From Eledone cirrhosa (Eukaryota), in assembly GCA_964016885.1 (NCBI GenBank), contig OZ024742.1, positions 229,338,001-229,402,000 on the forward strand: DNA of 64,000 nucleotides. The letters are read 5' to 3'. Positions within the stretch are counted from its first letter, which is position 1. The number at the start of each line of letters is the position of its first letter. The translations under genes and the position numbers were made by a program. Below the pieces are notes generated by a model. The model was not told where the DNA came from. It ran no database searches and was given only the letters and a program-made list of their open reading frames with translations. Positions 42,025-56,400 of the stretch are shown here, in pieces.

Positions 42025-42736
42025 GATGAGTTCGTCTATTCACTAATATTTTGTATTTATTTTTTTTAAATAGTCGATGATCTTCTTTAAAAGTTACGAC
42101 AAAGTTCTGTCAGAATCAAATTTAAAGTTATTCACAGCTTGGGTAATATTTCTTTTCAGTTAGTTTTTAATTCTACAACTGTGTTTTAAACGTTGTTCTT
42201 GAATCGTTTGAATCGAGAACAAAAAGAACCGTTACTTAGTATATTCCTTTACGAATGTAATATAATATAACAACGCTGTATTTATATGTTAAAGTTTATG
42301 TATCATTCATATAAATAGGTGTTCTACAACATATTCACAACATTCACAGTTCAAACACTTATATTTTTGTTTCTGAATCGAAAACGTTACTTTTATATTT
42401 CTTTATAAATGTAATATAACAACGTTGCATTTATATGTTAAAGTATATGTATCGTTCATATATCATAAGTGTATGTATCGTTCATATAAATAGGTGTTTT
42501 ACAACACACTTACAGTTCAAACACTTATGTAGAATTATTGTATGTAATCTTACCGCGTAATGTAGCTCAACTTTTTCCAATATATGGTATGTTGCCTTCA
42601 TGTAAGCCGTAATTACACACGTCCGATTATCGGACACTGACCACAACGGTCGCCATATGTATGTATGTATATATGTAGTATGTATGTATGTATGTATGTA
42701 TGTATGTATGTATGTATGTATGTATGTATGTATTAT

Positions 42737-43343
42737 GTCAGGTCACCAGTTGGTGCTACTGGTAACATGTATCCCAGTACAACCTGTCTCATGGTCAGGT
42801 CTTGGCGACTAAACTGGCAACCCCAACCAAGGTTTCCTGGTGAGAAGGGTGACTTTGGACATCCTGCAGGACTAAAAACAAAACCTGTCAAAGCGCAAAG
42901 GAGCTCTTAAGAGTCAATGGCCATCCAAAATCACCGGGAGAGATGACCTCTTAGCCTTTGTCAAGGCAGAATTCTAGGAGAAGGAAAACTCTGATATAAC
43001 ACCTGCAACCCTGATGGTATCCAATGATGTTGACTTGTTCTTCTTTTTGGTAAATATCATCTTGGTTAAGAGAGTGGGACTGGCTTTGTGCAGTGCTTTT
43101 GCTCACTTTAAAAGCTTCACAGCACAGGCATTGCTTGATATCTGGAGATCTCTCTGCACTTGTCGTCACCTGGTACCATTGGCCCAGCACTATGTGTCAA
43201 TAATTGTCACAAGTGTAGTGTTTGTACCAGAGTTTTCAAGTCGCTGTCTGGACTAAAAAGTCACACTCGTTCAGCGCATCGGTAGGGGTTCTCCTACATG
43301 GATATAAGGTAGTGGCCGTACTCGAAAACGAGTTGGCAGCCAC
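42737..43343 (+). mobile_element. Non-autonomous bipartite RTE-derived retroposon (~600 bp)
   Basis: RTE-like 5' leader (CTTGGCGACTAAA, AAAACCTG) joined to a 3' zinc-finger remnant; second copy at 12893-13356; flanked by microsatellites. Confidence 0.7.
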
Positions 43344-43397
43344 TATATATGTATGTATGTATGTATATATATATATGTGTGTGTGTGTTTGTGTGAG

Positions 43398-43438
<41 letters not shown>

Positions 43439-43446
43439 TTGTGTGA

Positions 43447-43605
<159 letters not shown>

Positions 43606-44960
43606 AGTGTGTGTGTGTGTATGTGCGTGTGTGTGTGTGTGTGTGTGATTATAGTGGATATTATCTTAGGTATGGTGAGAGAAGCTCTATGCACAGTACA
43701 ATCCTCGGTTGTAAGTCATCGACAGTTAAGGTTCTCGTTGAGATTATAGGTAGCAGAGCATTATTATTCAATATTACAAAAAAACATTCATTCTTTATTT
43801 ATACGTCTGTTTCAATACGTTAATAATGCTACATGCATTTGCAGAACAACTGTATATGATTAGTTATCAATTATATACGCCATATATGATACCTATAACT
43901 CGCATATCCCCAGGAAAATGAAAAAGTATAAAGTTTACCAATTTCGAATGGTTTAAAGATTAATACAATATCAAAACTCTGACCGTTGAGCAGACAGTTA
44001 GATTAAAAAAACATACTTTGTACATGAAGTTTTTCGACCGGGAAAAGTTACAATTCTTACGTCATTACAATTAACAAAGTTATTATTAGTTACTTTTCCC
44101 GTACAGTTAGAGTGATATCTGTTGTGTGACATTGCAGGAGTGGAAAATTATGTAATAGATGGCAGGAAGAAAGTTTAAATACGAGGCATTACTTATCTAT
44201 TATTTATTTAGTATGTTGTTGTTATTAATTTTCTTTATAAAGATGGAATAAAATTTGTTATTAGATTTGCAGGAATGGAAAACATTTTAAGAAGCAGTAG
44301 CGGGTACAGCCAAGGTGTTAGCGTTTTACATAGAGAATGAATATATACAAAAATATATATAAACATACGCAGCACAAGCGAAATTACCATTTTTATCAGT
44401 CCAGTTTAAGCATAACACACTCTTTATTTTTTCCTTTTTAAATTAATAAAAATATCTGTCTTTACGTTGTTAATTTAATTTTAGTCGATCGGTGTTTTTA
44501 TATTCTAGCGGTGTTCGTTCCGTTAATGCCGCCTGTTAAAAAAATGTCGTTATCTGCAATGTAGTTAATTGTTCTTACAATTTTCTCTAATACCATTTTT
44601 TTTATTATATGCTTATTTTTCTTTGTTTCTATTGTGGAGTGTCATAAGTGTAAATTAATGCTTCGAATGAACTTACGTATACCTATACCAAGAGATCCAC
44701 ATCGATGCGTGTATATATAAATATATCAACACCTGCCTTCATACACACTTATATATATATATACATTTAAATATATATAATTACAGACGTATCAGAGTAT
44801 ATATACTCATACACATGCATGTGTCCCCATATCACATTATCTAATATACATTATATAATAGACTGCAACCTAGTATGACGTCTCACATAGTAAAATAATA
44901 CAATATAGTATAACAATATGTACCACAATACGTTACTATATATCACCTAACATTATATTA

Positions 44961-45340
44961 GTGGATTGGCAGTATCGGTAGAGAGTCGGACGCCATGCTT
45001 TCCAGCATAGTTACGTCCCTTTACAATCTGAGTTCAAATCCCGCCGAGGTTGACTTTGTCTTTCATCCTTACGGGGTCGATAAAATAAAGTACCAGTAAT
45101 GCACTGGGTATTTGCTGGCCTTCTGCCTAAAGTAGAAACAATTATATTAGTGGATTGGCAGCATTGGTAGAGGATCGGACGCCATGCTTTGCAGCAAAGA
45201 GTTACGTCCCTTTATGGTCTGAGTTCAAATCTCGCCGAGGTTAACTTTGCCTTTCATCCTCACGGGGTCGATAAAATAAAGTACCAGTAATGCACTGGAT
45301 AATTGCTGGCCTTGTGCCAAAAGTAGAAACAATTATATTA
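44961..45340 (+). mobile_element. Head-to-tail SINE dimer
   Basis: Two full SINE units starting at 44961 and 45150; ATTATATTA before, between and after. Confidence 0.9.
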
Positions 45341-46599
45341 TCTCTATTCCACTCCTCATTATTCTCTTTTACGATTATATAGTTAACATTAGGCCTTTAT
45401 ATTTCCTATGATTCTCTTTTACAAGTACATAACTAACATTAGGCCATATAAAGCATTGCTTTAGTTGATACATAGTATACATTTAGGTCAGTTCGCTACT
45501 TTGAATTGTATAAGTATAAAGTTGTTAGTTTAAGTTAGCTTATGTTCGATTATAGTTATTTATATTTAGAATATTTTTAATAATTATTTTTGGTAAGGAT
45601 TATCATAAGTACATTTAAAGCTCCCAATAAACCATATGTTTGTATGCACACAAATATATACCTACGCATATATAATATATATATATATATACACATTTAT
45701 CTATTTCAGTACTCGTATATATAATTTTTACGGACACATACGCCCGTATGCGCACGTATCTATGTATCACACAATATATTATACAACATTTATTATAACT
45801 TGGCGCTATATATGATCTATAATAGAAAATAGAATATAACACAATCTTGTAAGACATCTCATATATCAAAATGTTATATAACATAATAGTATACGACACA
45901 ACATTATACACTTTCTTATATCAGTCAAAGTTATATTCTTCAATTCTATATGTAAATACTTGGTCGTATAAAACTATAGTACAACTAATATGGGGGTTGC
46001 ATATCGAATTCTATTAATAAAGACTTCTGTTTAAAATCAGATTCTAATGGCATTCGGTCTGACCTCTGTACTTTCAGAATGTATAGAGAAAGAGAAAAAG
46101 TATCTTCCCGTGTTGTTCAGAAAGGGTATTAATCATAATTACATATGCCTTCTAGTATATAATCATATATATAGCTAGATATCATATGGTCATAATCACA
46201 CTAACATAGCAGGATTCACCCACAGGTCTGTACTCCCACCCATCAATATACGCTCAAATATATCTACTCCTAGGTACCTTAAGATATGTAAGTGCATATT
46301 AAATTATGTGGACAAAATACATGTTGGGTGGAGAAGTAATTTCTAGCTTCTATTTGAAGGAATGAATAGAAGAAATATTTATCCTGCAGAGGGTTCATTA
46401 ATTGTTGTATTCAAGTCTTCGGGTTAGAATCTGAGGATTTTACTGTGAGAAATATTGGTTCATGCTATTGTGTTATAGTTATACTTAATTTTATTCATTT
46501 AAAATGGAAAAAGTGAAGTGTGATGAATGATCCAAATCAACTCTTGACAAATGCTTTGTATTAGAACCAGACTGATAAAAACGGTAACTTCGCGTGTGC

Positions 46600-46835
46600 T
46601 TCATCTGTTTATATATCGATAGTCGATCGACTTTCGTCAATTGGACCGAGGAAACAATGTTTCCGCTGGTCTTTCCAATTGCTAATACTATCTATCGGTC
46701 ACACCTCCAGGTAGAAGGAGCAACGGGAAATAAAGTGTCTTGCTCAAGGACATAATCCATCGCCCGGACCAGGAATCGAACTCACAACCTCACGATTGCG
46801 AATTCAATTCTCTATCCACTCAGCCTCGCACATTC
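46600..46835 (-). mobile_element. tRNA-derived SINE, second family
   Basis: B-box GAGTTCGATTCC on the minus strand followed by TGTCCTTGAGCAAGACACTTTATTTC. Confidence 0.75.
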
Positions 46836-47872
46836 ACTGTTTATATATATCTTTTATATATTCATTCTTTATGTAAAGCGTTAACCTCTTGTCTGCGTCT
46901 GCAACTGCTTCTTTAACATATTTCAATTTCGATTTACAATTAAGGGTGAAATTAAAATAGTAGATTTGGCGTCACCTGTCTATGTAATAACACTGGCCTT
47001 TGCAACCGCTATATTTTCTGAATTGTAGGGATTGCTGTTTCTACACGATTTACGATGGTGTATTCGTGGTGCATTCGTCCTTGTTCTGTGGTGTTTCTGA
47101 AATTGGTAATGATGCTGTTGAGCATCCTTAATATTAAGAATATAATTTATTCTCTCCTCATAACCGCCATTGCGTAGTGTCGCACTGTAATAATCAGCAG
47201 TGCATTAAACATATCTATGTATCTGGAGATCATAAGTGATCCAGCCTTGGTGATGGAGTTTATTATGGATTTACGGTGATTGGACTATCGTCTGATTCTG
47301 TCACTTCTATCTTTTTCAAATAGCCAGTTTTATTACAGAGACAAATGGCGCAAAATCTACTATTTTAATTTCCTCATTATCTGTAACTCTAAAGCTAATA
47401 CTTCTAATATTGAAGAGATTTACGGCCTTGATATTTTTTTTTACAATAGTTGCCATTCCTAAAACTTATACGATCCCTTTTGGTCTATAGATTAATTATT
47501 TTTCAATTAATAACATGACAAATTTATGTAGCACCAAACATTGCTGGAAGCCCATAGGTTAACTTATCAATACTTCCTCTTTACATTCGATACTATTACA
47601 CAGATTCTAAAGATTGTATTCATTTTCTGCAGATGTGTTGAGTTGTGAGGTACTGTGGGAGAATGAGTGGAAATATTAATATCTCTAGACAGCCCTCGTA
47701 GACCCTGACATAACTCAATAATGAAACACATGGTAACATGTATAATTAAATAAGATTTTCTAATCACGCCTTCTCTCTTTTTCCTCATAATTTACCTTAT
47801 ACATGCTCAGTGAATTACTGGAAGCTGAAAAATATGTGGATTAACGCCTATCGGGTAAGTTGTTACTTCATT

Positions 47873-47970
47873 AATTGTTTCTACTATTGGCAAAAGGCAA
47901 GCAATTACCCTGTGTATTACTGGTACTTTATTTTATCGACCCCGTAAGGATGAAAGGCAAAGTTAACTCA
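47873..47970 (-). mobile_element. Truncated SINE copy
   Basis: 3' half of the main SINE family. Confidence 0.8.
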
Positions 47971-48477
47971 TTAATAGTTGCAGAACAACTTCACAAGTTC
48001 GATTTTACGAACAAAAAGTAAAAACTACCTCATCTTCTAACACACACACGCGAACACGCATATATATATATATATATCTTGCGTAAGTTTCTAGCTACAT
48101 TTACAGACAGTTCACCTATCTAAGCAGTCGGTGTTGTTCCAAGATCCGTCTCGTGTTGGGTTGTATTCCAGAATTAAGGCCGCTCTAATGTGCAGAGTGT
48201 AAATAAATGTAAGTGGGATCGAGTCACAGCTGCCTATTCTTAGCGGTTCGGGAGCGCTAGCTTGATAAGGACCAGAGTCAGAAATGATGACGTCATCATT
48301 GCTAGCTGCCCGCTCTCAGCTTCTGTTGGAACAGTTTTCAAATTCTTCAGTTTTCAAATTCTTCAGTTTTCAAATTCTTAGCTGATGGATTTCAAACTAT
48401 TTATTTATAAATATACCGTATATCGCCAAATATACAAATTCAGGCATTTCATATACAATGTTAGAGTTGAAGCTCTT

Positions 48478-48596
<119 letters not shown>

Positions 48597-48936
48597 TACA
48601 TATATATACATACATATATATATATACCTATATATATATACATATATATACATATATATATATACACACATATATATACATATATATATATACACACATA
48701 TATATACATATACATACATACATATACATATACATATATATATACATACATATATATATACATATATATATATACACATATATATATACATATATATACA
48801 TACATACATATACATATATATACATACATACATATACATATATATATACATACATACAGATAGATATACATACATACATACATATATATATACATACATA
48901 CATACATATATATATACATACATATATATATATATA

Positions 48937-49069
48937 TATTGTTATACTTTGGGAGGGTCATGCTGCCAATAAAAACACACACAGCTGTTGATTTTCACTT
49001 CAATTTATTATAAGTTTCCTGCTGCTTGTGTTTTATTGGCAGCATGAGCCTCCCAAAGTATAACAATAT
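48937..49069. repeat. Fold-back repeat (~42-bp arms)
   Basis: TATTGTTATACTTTGGGAGG.TCATGCTGCCAATAAAA and its reverse complement. Confidence 0.8.
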
Positions 49070-49114
49070 CTGTTTCAACACACGTTATCAGATGAGAAAT
49101 CTTGCAAAACAAAT

Positions 49115-49667
49115 TCAAAAACGAATCCGAGCTCAGAAGAACATTCTCTATTCTTCTTTGAGCTAATATTATTATTATTATTACTGTGAACTGCGGAATA
49201 CTCTTAATTCCGATCCTTGTACTTAACGAGGTCCAAATTGTTGAGCTAATAAATTTGAATTGTTGGGCTGCTCTCTCTAGCATTTTCCCCAATCCATGAG
49301 AACCGTTATTTGGTGCAAATAACACGTGATTTCGCCCTTCCCTGGGCAGTGTGTATATTAGCTTTCTCTCTATCCATGAGGCTAGATGTGTAGTAAACAG
49401 AATCCACATTTGCTGACTGAATAACCTGTGGCTGTTAAACTGCACATTTCTGTAGCGAAACGAACTTAATTCGTATCAGCAAACTTATAGTTATAAGGTT
49501 AGTAATTTAAAACTCTACTTCAGTAATTTGATTCTGTCTTAGGTTTTTTTCTATTTAATTGCTAAACTGTAGATATTTTCTTCTATACAGTAACGGTAAA
49601 CATCACTTGTAATAATCCTTTACACACATTTCACTGTAACACACTTCTATTTGTGTAATATATTTGT
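49115..49667 (+). mobile_element. Second copy of the 27860-28370 hammerhead element (core mutated)
   Basis: Colinear homology; hammerhead at 49409-49483 has CTGAATA instead of CTGANGA. Confidence 0.8.
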
Positions 49668-49701
49668 ATATATATATATATATATGTGTGTGTTTGTGTG
49701 T

Positions 49702-49784
<83 letters not shown>

Positions 49785-50442
49785 TGTGTGTATATTAGTA
49801 CGGAGTAAACTTCTAATCTCTACTAATAATAAATATTTGCACCTTCGGTTTATATATACTTATATATACCGTCCTTTCCGAGGCCTTTCCGAGGCCTCTC
49901 CGGATTTTCATCATGAAAAATACGTTTCGGGATGCTTCATATTGAGTCGTTCGTAGGGAGGATTCACCTATATAGAAGAATCAGATGGATAACAATAAAA
50001 GAAATTTAAGAATTCTAACAGTTAAATTAAGAAAGATTTAGGATACCTACAAATCTACATCACCTAATCCAGAATATTATGCTTGACCAAAACATTTATG
50101 TTGACAAAAAAATATTCGGGTTACGGCCGCTGAAACAAATTTGCCAACCAGCAGTATCTAAAATCAATTTTGGCTAAAATAGTAGTAGGGGCACTTTTAA
50201 ACAGGGTTCCTATTGACAGTCAGTATTTTCTAGTCTACACAGAAGTAAGTATCTGCAACAGCTATCGACTGATATTTGACAATAAAATGTCTGCCGGGTG
50301 CATGGCTTCTGGATGCTAAATATATCAGCAGCTGCCAGGCCAACCAAAAGTAACTACATTCGCCAAGTCATGGTGCCGAGAGACAATTATAAATATAGAG
50401 ACATAAGATCGATTTAATAGCAGAGGCGCAATAGCCAACGCA

Positions 50443-50545
<103 letters not shown>

Positions 50546-50728
50546 CAAGTTTAATACAGAAATGGCTTCTATAAATCTAGAACTGTTTCATTCAAAAGAA
50601 GTCATCAGAATTAAACAGTTCTAGTCCTCTAGAAGTTATCAAACTTGATGTTTACACTCTACCAATGTATTGAGTACCTTACTAACTGTCGGTACTTCCG
50701 ATTCAACACGGGACTCACATATATTCAT

Positions 50729-50773
<45 letters not shown>

Positions 50774-51864
50774 ACCCATAATGCAGCCTGCCAGATCCAC
50801 AGATAGGTTGCATCAGTTGGTTCTGCTACGAGGGTCTTCAGTACTGTCGTATACGCCAGGGGATATTTCAATTATAGGGCGTATTGATCATGGAGAAGAA
50901 TTAGGAGAGTTTTTAGTTGCTGGCAATATTGGCTCCACCGACTGGCTGTGTTGGTGGTCCTGTGACTGGATGACGGCAAAGTCTGAAGCAAATCTTGTGA
51001 GTCATCATCTATCTAATCCACTTCATACTCTGGTGCATATATGTATATGTACGTATTTATGTTAGTATTTATGTACATATATTTACTTGAAACCTGCGGT
51101 GTTTTAATCTCTGATATTCTTGGATTATTTTTACTCGTTGCTAGATTAACGTCTTCAACCATTTAAAGAATGAATCTCGTACAGCACAAAGCTACAAATA
51201 TTTGCCACGATAAAATATGATACGAGGCAATGTTTACGCCTATAATTTTACTCACACAATCTTCACCCCGCACAAGTAATGGATTTCTTGGAACACAGAT
51301 ATTGCAGTAATCGGAGTATCACATTCGTCTGTGATACGTCACTACTTCCATAGTTTTGGTACACAGTTGATGGAGTATAGGCGGGAGTGGTTGAAGTTAT
51401 TCAGTCATGGATGCTGCCTCTCTTGACTGAATTACTGTTCGTTGCCTTTGAACTGCTGTCTTTGGACATTATTACCATCAGTACCCCATCGCTACCGCCA
51501 CCGCCACCATCACCACAAATACACCCTCCACCACCAACAACAACTAAACAAACCTACCATCACTATTACCAAAACGATGACAACTAACCCTCCTATCTCC
51601 TCCTGCAACAACTTCAACTACTTCAAGAGAATCACTAACATCCATGAAGTGGTGTATAGTGTAGAATGAATTAGTTAACCAGTATTGGAAGAAGGTTTCA
51701 AATAAGTCTATAAACACCAATCAATAAATCAATAATTTATACATTAAAAAATATTGCTTTTCTGCTGATATTTGGTTATTGATGTCGTTTGCATTTCAAT
51801 TTATCATTATCATTATTATTATCACAAACATTCCAGGGTCGATGAAATAAAATTCCAGTTAAGT

Positions 51865-52045
51865 AATAATTGTTTCTACTTTTGGCACAAGGCCAGCAAT
51901 AACCAGTGTATTACTGGTACTTTATTTTATCCACCCCGTAAGGATGAAAGGCAAAGTTAACCGCGGCGGGATTTGAACTCAGACCGTAAAGGGACGTAAC
52001 TCTATGCTTCAAAGCATGGTGTCCGACTCTCTACCGATACTGCCT
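51865..52045 (-). mobile_element. tRNA-derived SINE copy
   Basis: Family consensus, reverse strand. Confidence 0.85.
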
Positions 52046-52381
52046 TAAGTAATAATGTCAAATTTCCCTTTCCCCCAACTTGTGGTCTTGCGCCTAAATC
52101 AGAAACCATAATTATTAACATTATCAAGGTCCGTGGATTATCAGTATCTGTAGAGCGTCGAATAGCCGTTTCCAATTGATCCGACAGGATCCCCAAGTGA
52201 CATCAGCCAAGCGCATGGATTTTATTCAACCATTTTACTCAGGATCTACTCCTGGGTCTCCAGCCGCTTGATTTTGCGCGTAAAATATGTCCAGCGATTC
52301 TTTCCCGAGACATACTATCTACATTCCCATAGTATCAGAGCAGTGATTACTCACTCTCTCTCTTTCTCTCTCTCTCTCTCT

Positions 52382-52454
<73 letters not shown>

Positions 52455-52970
52455 GCTCCCTGGATCAAAATGGTTATATGTTAATATGGTGATCCTAACA
52501 ATTCATCAGGTGTTTTGGGATCGGTGACCATTATGAAATTTTGTACATTTACATTTAAGAATATTGTATATATCATATACCATTAGAAGAAGAGTTGTTC
52601 CTAAGTATTTGCACTAATACGAATATTAAAATCAATTACTGTCAACAATGCCATCGCTAAGTTACCTCAACTTATATTTTTTCTATCGCAAGTCTGGAGA
52701 ATAATTTTGACTAGAATTATTGCAATTGTGGTATTTAGCGTTGATAATATTTTTGTTGCAACGTAAATTAGATATTATATGAGATAGAGCGTCTGTTTTT
52801 TCCACTTAAATATAATAATATTATTAATATCCGAAAAGTAGTTGTATCAGTAATGTTTCAAAAGTTATAATCTCTGCATTACATTAGACCCGAGCAACTC
52901 AAGTAAACATAATCAGACCATATAAACTAATCAAATTAATTATACATAACAATCTCTTTCACACATCTGT

Positions 52971-53057
<87 letters not shown>

Positions 53058-53100
53058 AATTCAAATATTAATAAAATAGATGTTCTTGTGATCAATTAGA

Positions 53101-53164
53101 TTTTATTATACATATTTCAGAGGTAATTGAATCAAGTTCAATAGTACGTCCTCATCAGATAAAA
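53101..53164 (-). ncRNA. Minimal hammerhead ribozyme in the inverted pLTR
   Basis: Reverse complement of 57803-57866 with one substitution in stem II. Confidence 0.8.
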
Positions 53165-54633
53165 TAAAATGATACATGACATACCCTGACATGTTAAATG
53201 GTTAAGATTTAATCGAGGTAGTGATTAAATTGTGAGAAAACTCAATATTTATACCCTACAAATGAGAACATCCGAAAACGTAATAGAATCAATAGAGAGG
53301 GTGTGAGTAAGAAAAAGATTGATATAATATAACAGTTATAGAGTTATTAATGTTTGAAATACTACTGTAGGACTATAGAGGAAGACTATAGATATCTGGA
53401 GTTATAATTTTTTTAGTTTTTAGTTTGAGAATGCAACTGATAGATAATTAAAGAGAGAGAGATAAAGGCGAGTAATTTATGCACAAATATTCTTCAGAGA
53501 CATATAAACATATATAGCCTTGGCGGTTAAGTTTCAAAATATTTAATTTATGTTATTTTAGGGTAACGAATCAAAATTATAGGTTTTAAAAGTTGATGGT
53601 TATAAATTTTATATATTTTATAAATGTGTTAAATTTCTAAAATTCAAAGTTTTATTAAATCAAATTTAAAGGATTTATTAGGCCCGCGAAAGAAAAATAT
53701 ATACTGTTCAATATTAACGCAAAGGTAATCTTTAACAATATTACTTGTAACAGTGTCAATACTTTCCATATGTATAGTTTATGAAGTATTTACAGTTATA
53801 ATTATCAAGGAATTAATTGTTAAATAGTTATAGTGTCTAAGGTATAACAATTAAACCAAAGTTTTCAGCAGTAAATATATATATATGTGTGCATTGATCT
53901 TAATAAGAGGACAATAAATTATTATTTGTATTATCTATTCATATATTAAATATTAGATCATTACATTAGTTCAGCCTTCTAGGAAAGAACCGAACTCTAA
54001 TTGTGATTATGTCAATATACAATATAAATATATATATATTTGGACAAACTATATATAGAGTTATACCGAACAAAAATTATGATTGTGTTATTATACATTA
54101 TAAACGTATTTGCACAAAACTATGTACAGAGATATACCGAACTATAGTTATGATTATGTTATTATAAAATATAAACATATTTGCACCAACTACGTATAGA
54201 GAGATTACTAAGTATTAATGAGACAGTATACATTTAGTAAAAGATAACGGTTATAAACTTAGATAAAAGATTCATACATGCATAACTATAAAATACATAG
54301 ATATATATAAAAATGTAAACGCATTTCGAAAATAAAGATGCTGATAGAAAAACCAACAGCAATCATTTCGAATCTTTATTTAAATCAAGAAAGAATCCTC
54401 CATACATCCTGGATGATTTTGAAACCGAAATGCTTGGCTTACTTTAAAAAATTAAATTTAGGAAAAACCCATATATAGGTCACAAATACCTAAACAAATT
54501 AAATTTAGGAAAAACCCATATACCTTAGAACTCTAAAATACCTTAGAACTCTAAAAGAAAAAATCACAGAAATAAAAAAAGTTAACAAAATATTGTTTAA
54601 ATCGGGCAAAACAAATGATAAGAATATAATAAC

Positions 54634-56400
54634 TTGATTTTAAAGGAACTTAGGAAAAATTATAAAAAAGCCCCGGCTGAAGATCTTACAGAAATTAATG
54701 AGGATGCATATGAATTAATTACCAATTTAGGAATAGAAGGAAGAACTGAGCCACTTATACCTAGGCAGCCGCGGATTAACTTAAAAGATCACAAAAGAAA
54801 CTTCGAGGAAGACCTGCCAGTTAGACTGATTGCTCCATCCAAATCAGATATTGGAGTAAGCAGTAAAAACATTATCGATAGAATTCTACCTGCTCTTAAA
54901 TTGAGATCTAAATTGAGCTTGTTGAAAGATACAAATGAAGTCATAGAATGGTATAAGAATATAGATGATAAGAAAAACCATAAATTCATCCAGATGGACA
55001 TAACAAACTACTATTCTTGCATAACGCCCAACCTACTAAATAAGGCTCTATCATACGCTTATAAGCATACTGATCTAACCACAGATGAAATTGATATCGT
55101 ACTAACAGCTAGAAGATCTCTTATTAACTTCAACAACGAATATTGGACCCGCTCAGATAGAAATAGAAACTTTGATATCACTATGGGGGCACCTGATTCA
55201 GATCTTCTGGGGATTTTCTGGGGATTTTCATATTAAATATGATAAATAGAAAACTGCCGGAGATTACCGGTGGTTTATATAGGAACGACATTTTATTTAC
55301 GGTGGTCAAACACAACAATATTGAACTAAATAGAGTAAAGAAAAGTATAATAGATATCTTTAAAATGTATGACCTTAAGTTAGAAGTAGAAACTGGTACC
55401 AAAATAGTTAATTTTATTGATGTTACGTATAACTTAAACTCTGGCTTCTATTACCCTTTTCATAAGCCCGATGAAAACTTAAATTATGTTAGTTATTATT
55501 CCAATCACCCTAAGTCAGTAAAAAAAGCAATTGTAAAGAGTGTGCAAAAACGCATTAATAGAATATCTGCCAATAAAGCAATATTTGATGAAAATGCAGG
55601 ATATTATGAAGCGCTAAAAAGAGCAAGTTATGAGAATAATATAGAGTATGTAGATAATAATAATCCAAGTCTTAATCCTGATAAAAATAACGGCATATAT
55701 AAACGAAATTATAATAATTATAATTCAAACACCTATACGGTGAACAAATCGAGGAAAAGAACCAGAACTAAATTAGTTATATGGTTTGCCCCCCTTCTTT
55801 AAAGCTTTGGACAGCTCTTTCCCTAGTCAACATAAATACCATTCCATCTTTAATAGACACAATTATTATATCACATCTTATTCTACAACTATGAATATGG
55901 TCCAAAACATTGCTAAAATAAACAGTAAAATTCTAAAGCAGAATCAGCATAATAATTTTAATAATAGTGTTAACATAAATAATAATAAATCAAAATGTAA
56001 TTGTAGAATTAAACCAGATTGCCCTCTACAAAATAATTGTTTGGACAGTAATTTGGTGTATAAATGCACCGTAAAAACTGATTACAACATATACAACTAC
56101 ATAGGATCGACTTCTTCTACATTTGCGAATCATAAATGCTCATTTTCGAATTCTAATAGGAAATCATCGACTTCTTTATCACAGCTTATATGGTCATTAA
56201 AAGACAAAAAATTAAAATACTCTATCTTTTGGACGAAACTTTGTAATAGTGGAGTTTACCGCAGCTCAAAGTTTATCATGTAACTGCGCTCTGTGTACAA
56301 TGGAGACCCTATTGATAATTAATAATTATGAAAACTTAATTAACAAACAAGTGAATTATTCTCAAACTGCCTTCATAAAGCTTTGTCTACATTCCAAGCC
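54634..56400 (+). pseudogene. Naiad-type PLE reverse transcriptase + GIY-YIG endonuclease pseudogene
   Basis: LKDHKRNF..RLIAPSKSDIG, FIQMDITNYYSCI, FDITMGAPD, GGLYRND (YRDD decayed), VNFIDVT, SNHP, CNCRIKPDCPLQNNC, LVY..YIGST, CALCTME; at least three frameshifts. Confidence 0.9.

Larger units (their letters stand above)
40366..42655 (-). mobile_element. Chimeric Penelope-like element: 5' non-coding region + 334-aa ORF + hammerhead-bearing 3' pLTR
   Basis: Bounded by (TA)n and (TATG)n; ORF 41020-42024; hammerhead 40417-40528. Confidence 0.7.

Noticed and set aside
42737-42830. HDV-like ribozyme at the RTE-derived 5' end
   Set aside because: GGTCACCA/TGGCGACT could form a P1-like helix, but the GG for P1.1 and a fitting P2/P3 pseudoknot were not found.
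46365-46405. CTGAGGA...GAAA motif
   Set aside because: Stems II and III do not pair convincingly. The CTGANGA hits at 4237, 30831, 57470 and 58227 also lack supporting stems.
54634-56400. Selenocysteine-encoding Naiad (in-frame TGA at Cys positions)
   Set aside because: The conserved Cys codons here and in the 41020 ORF are TGT/TGC, and the interruptions are frameshifts.
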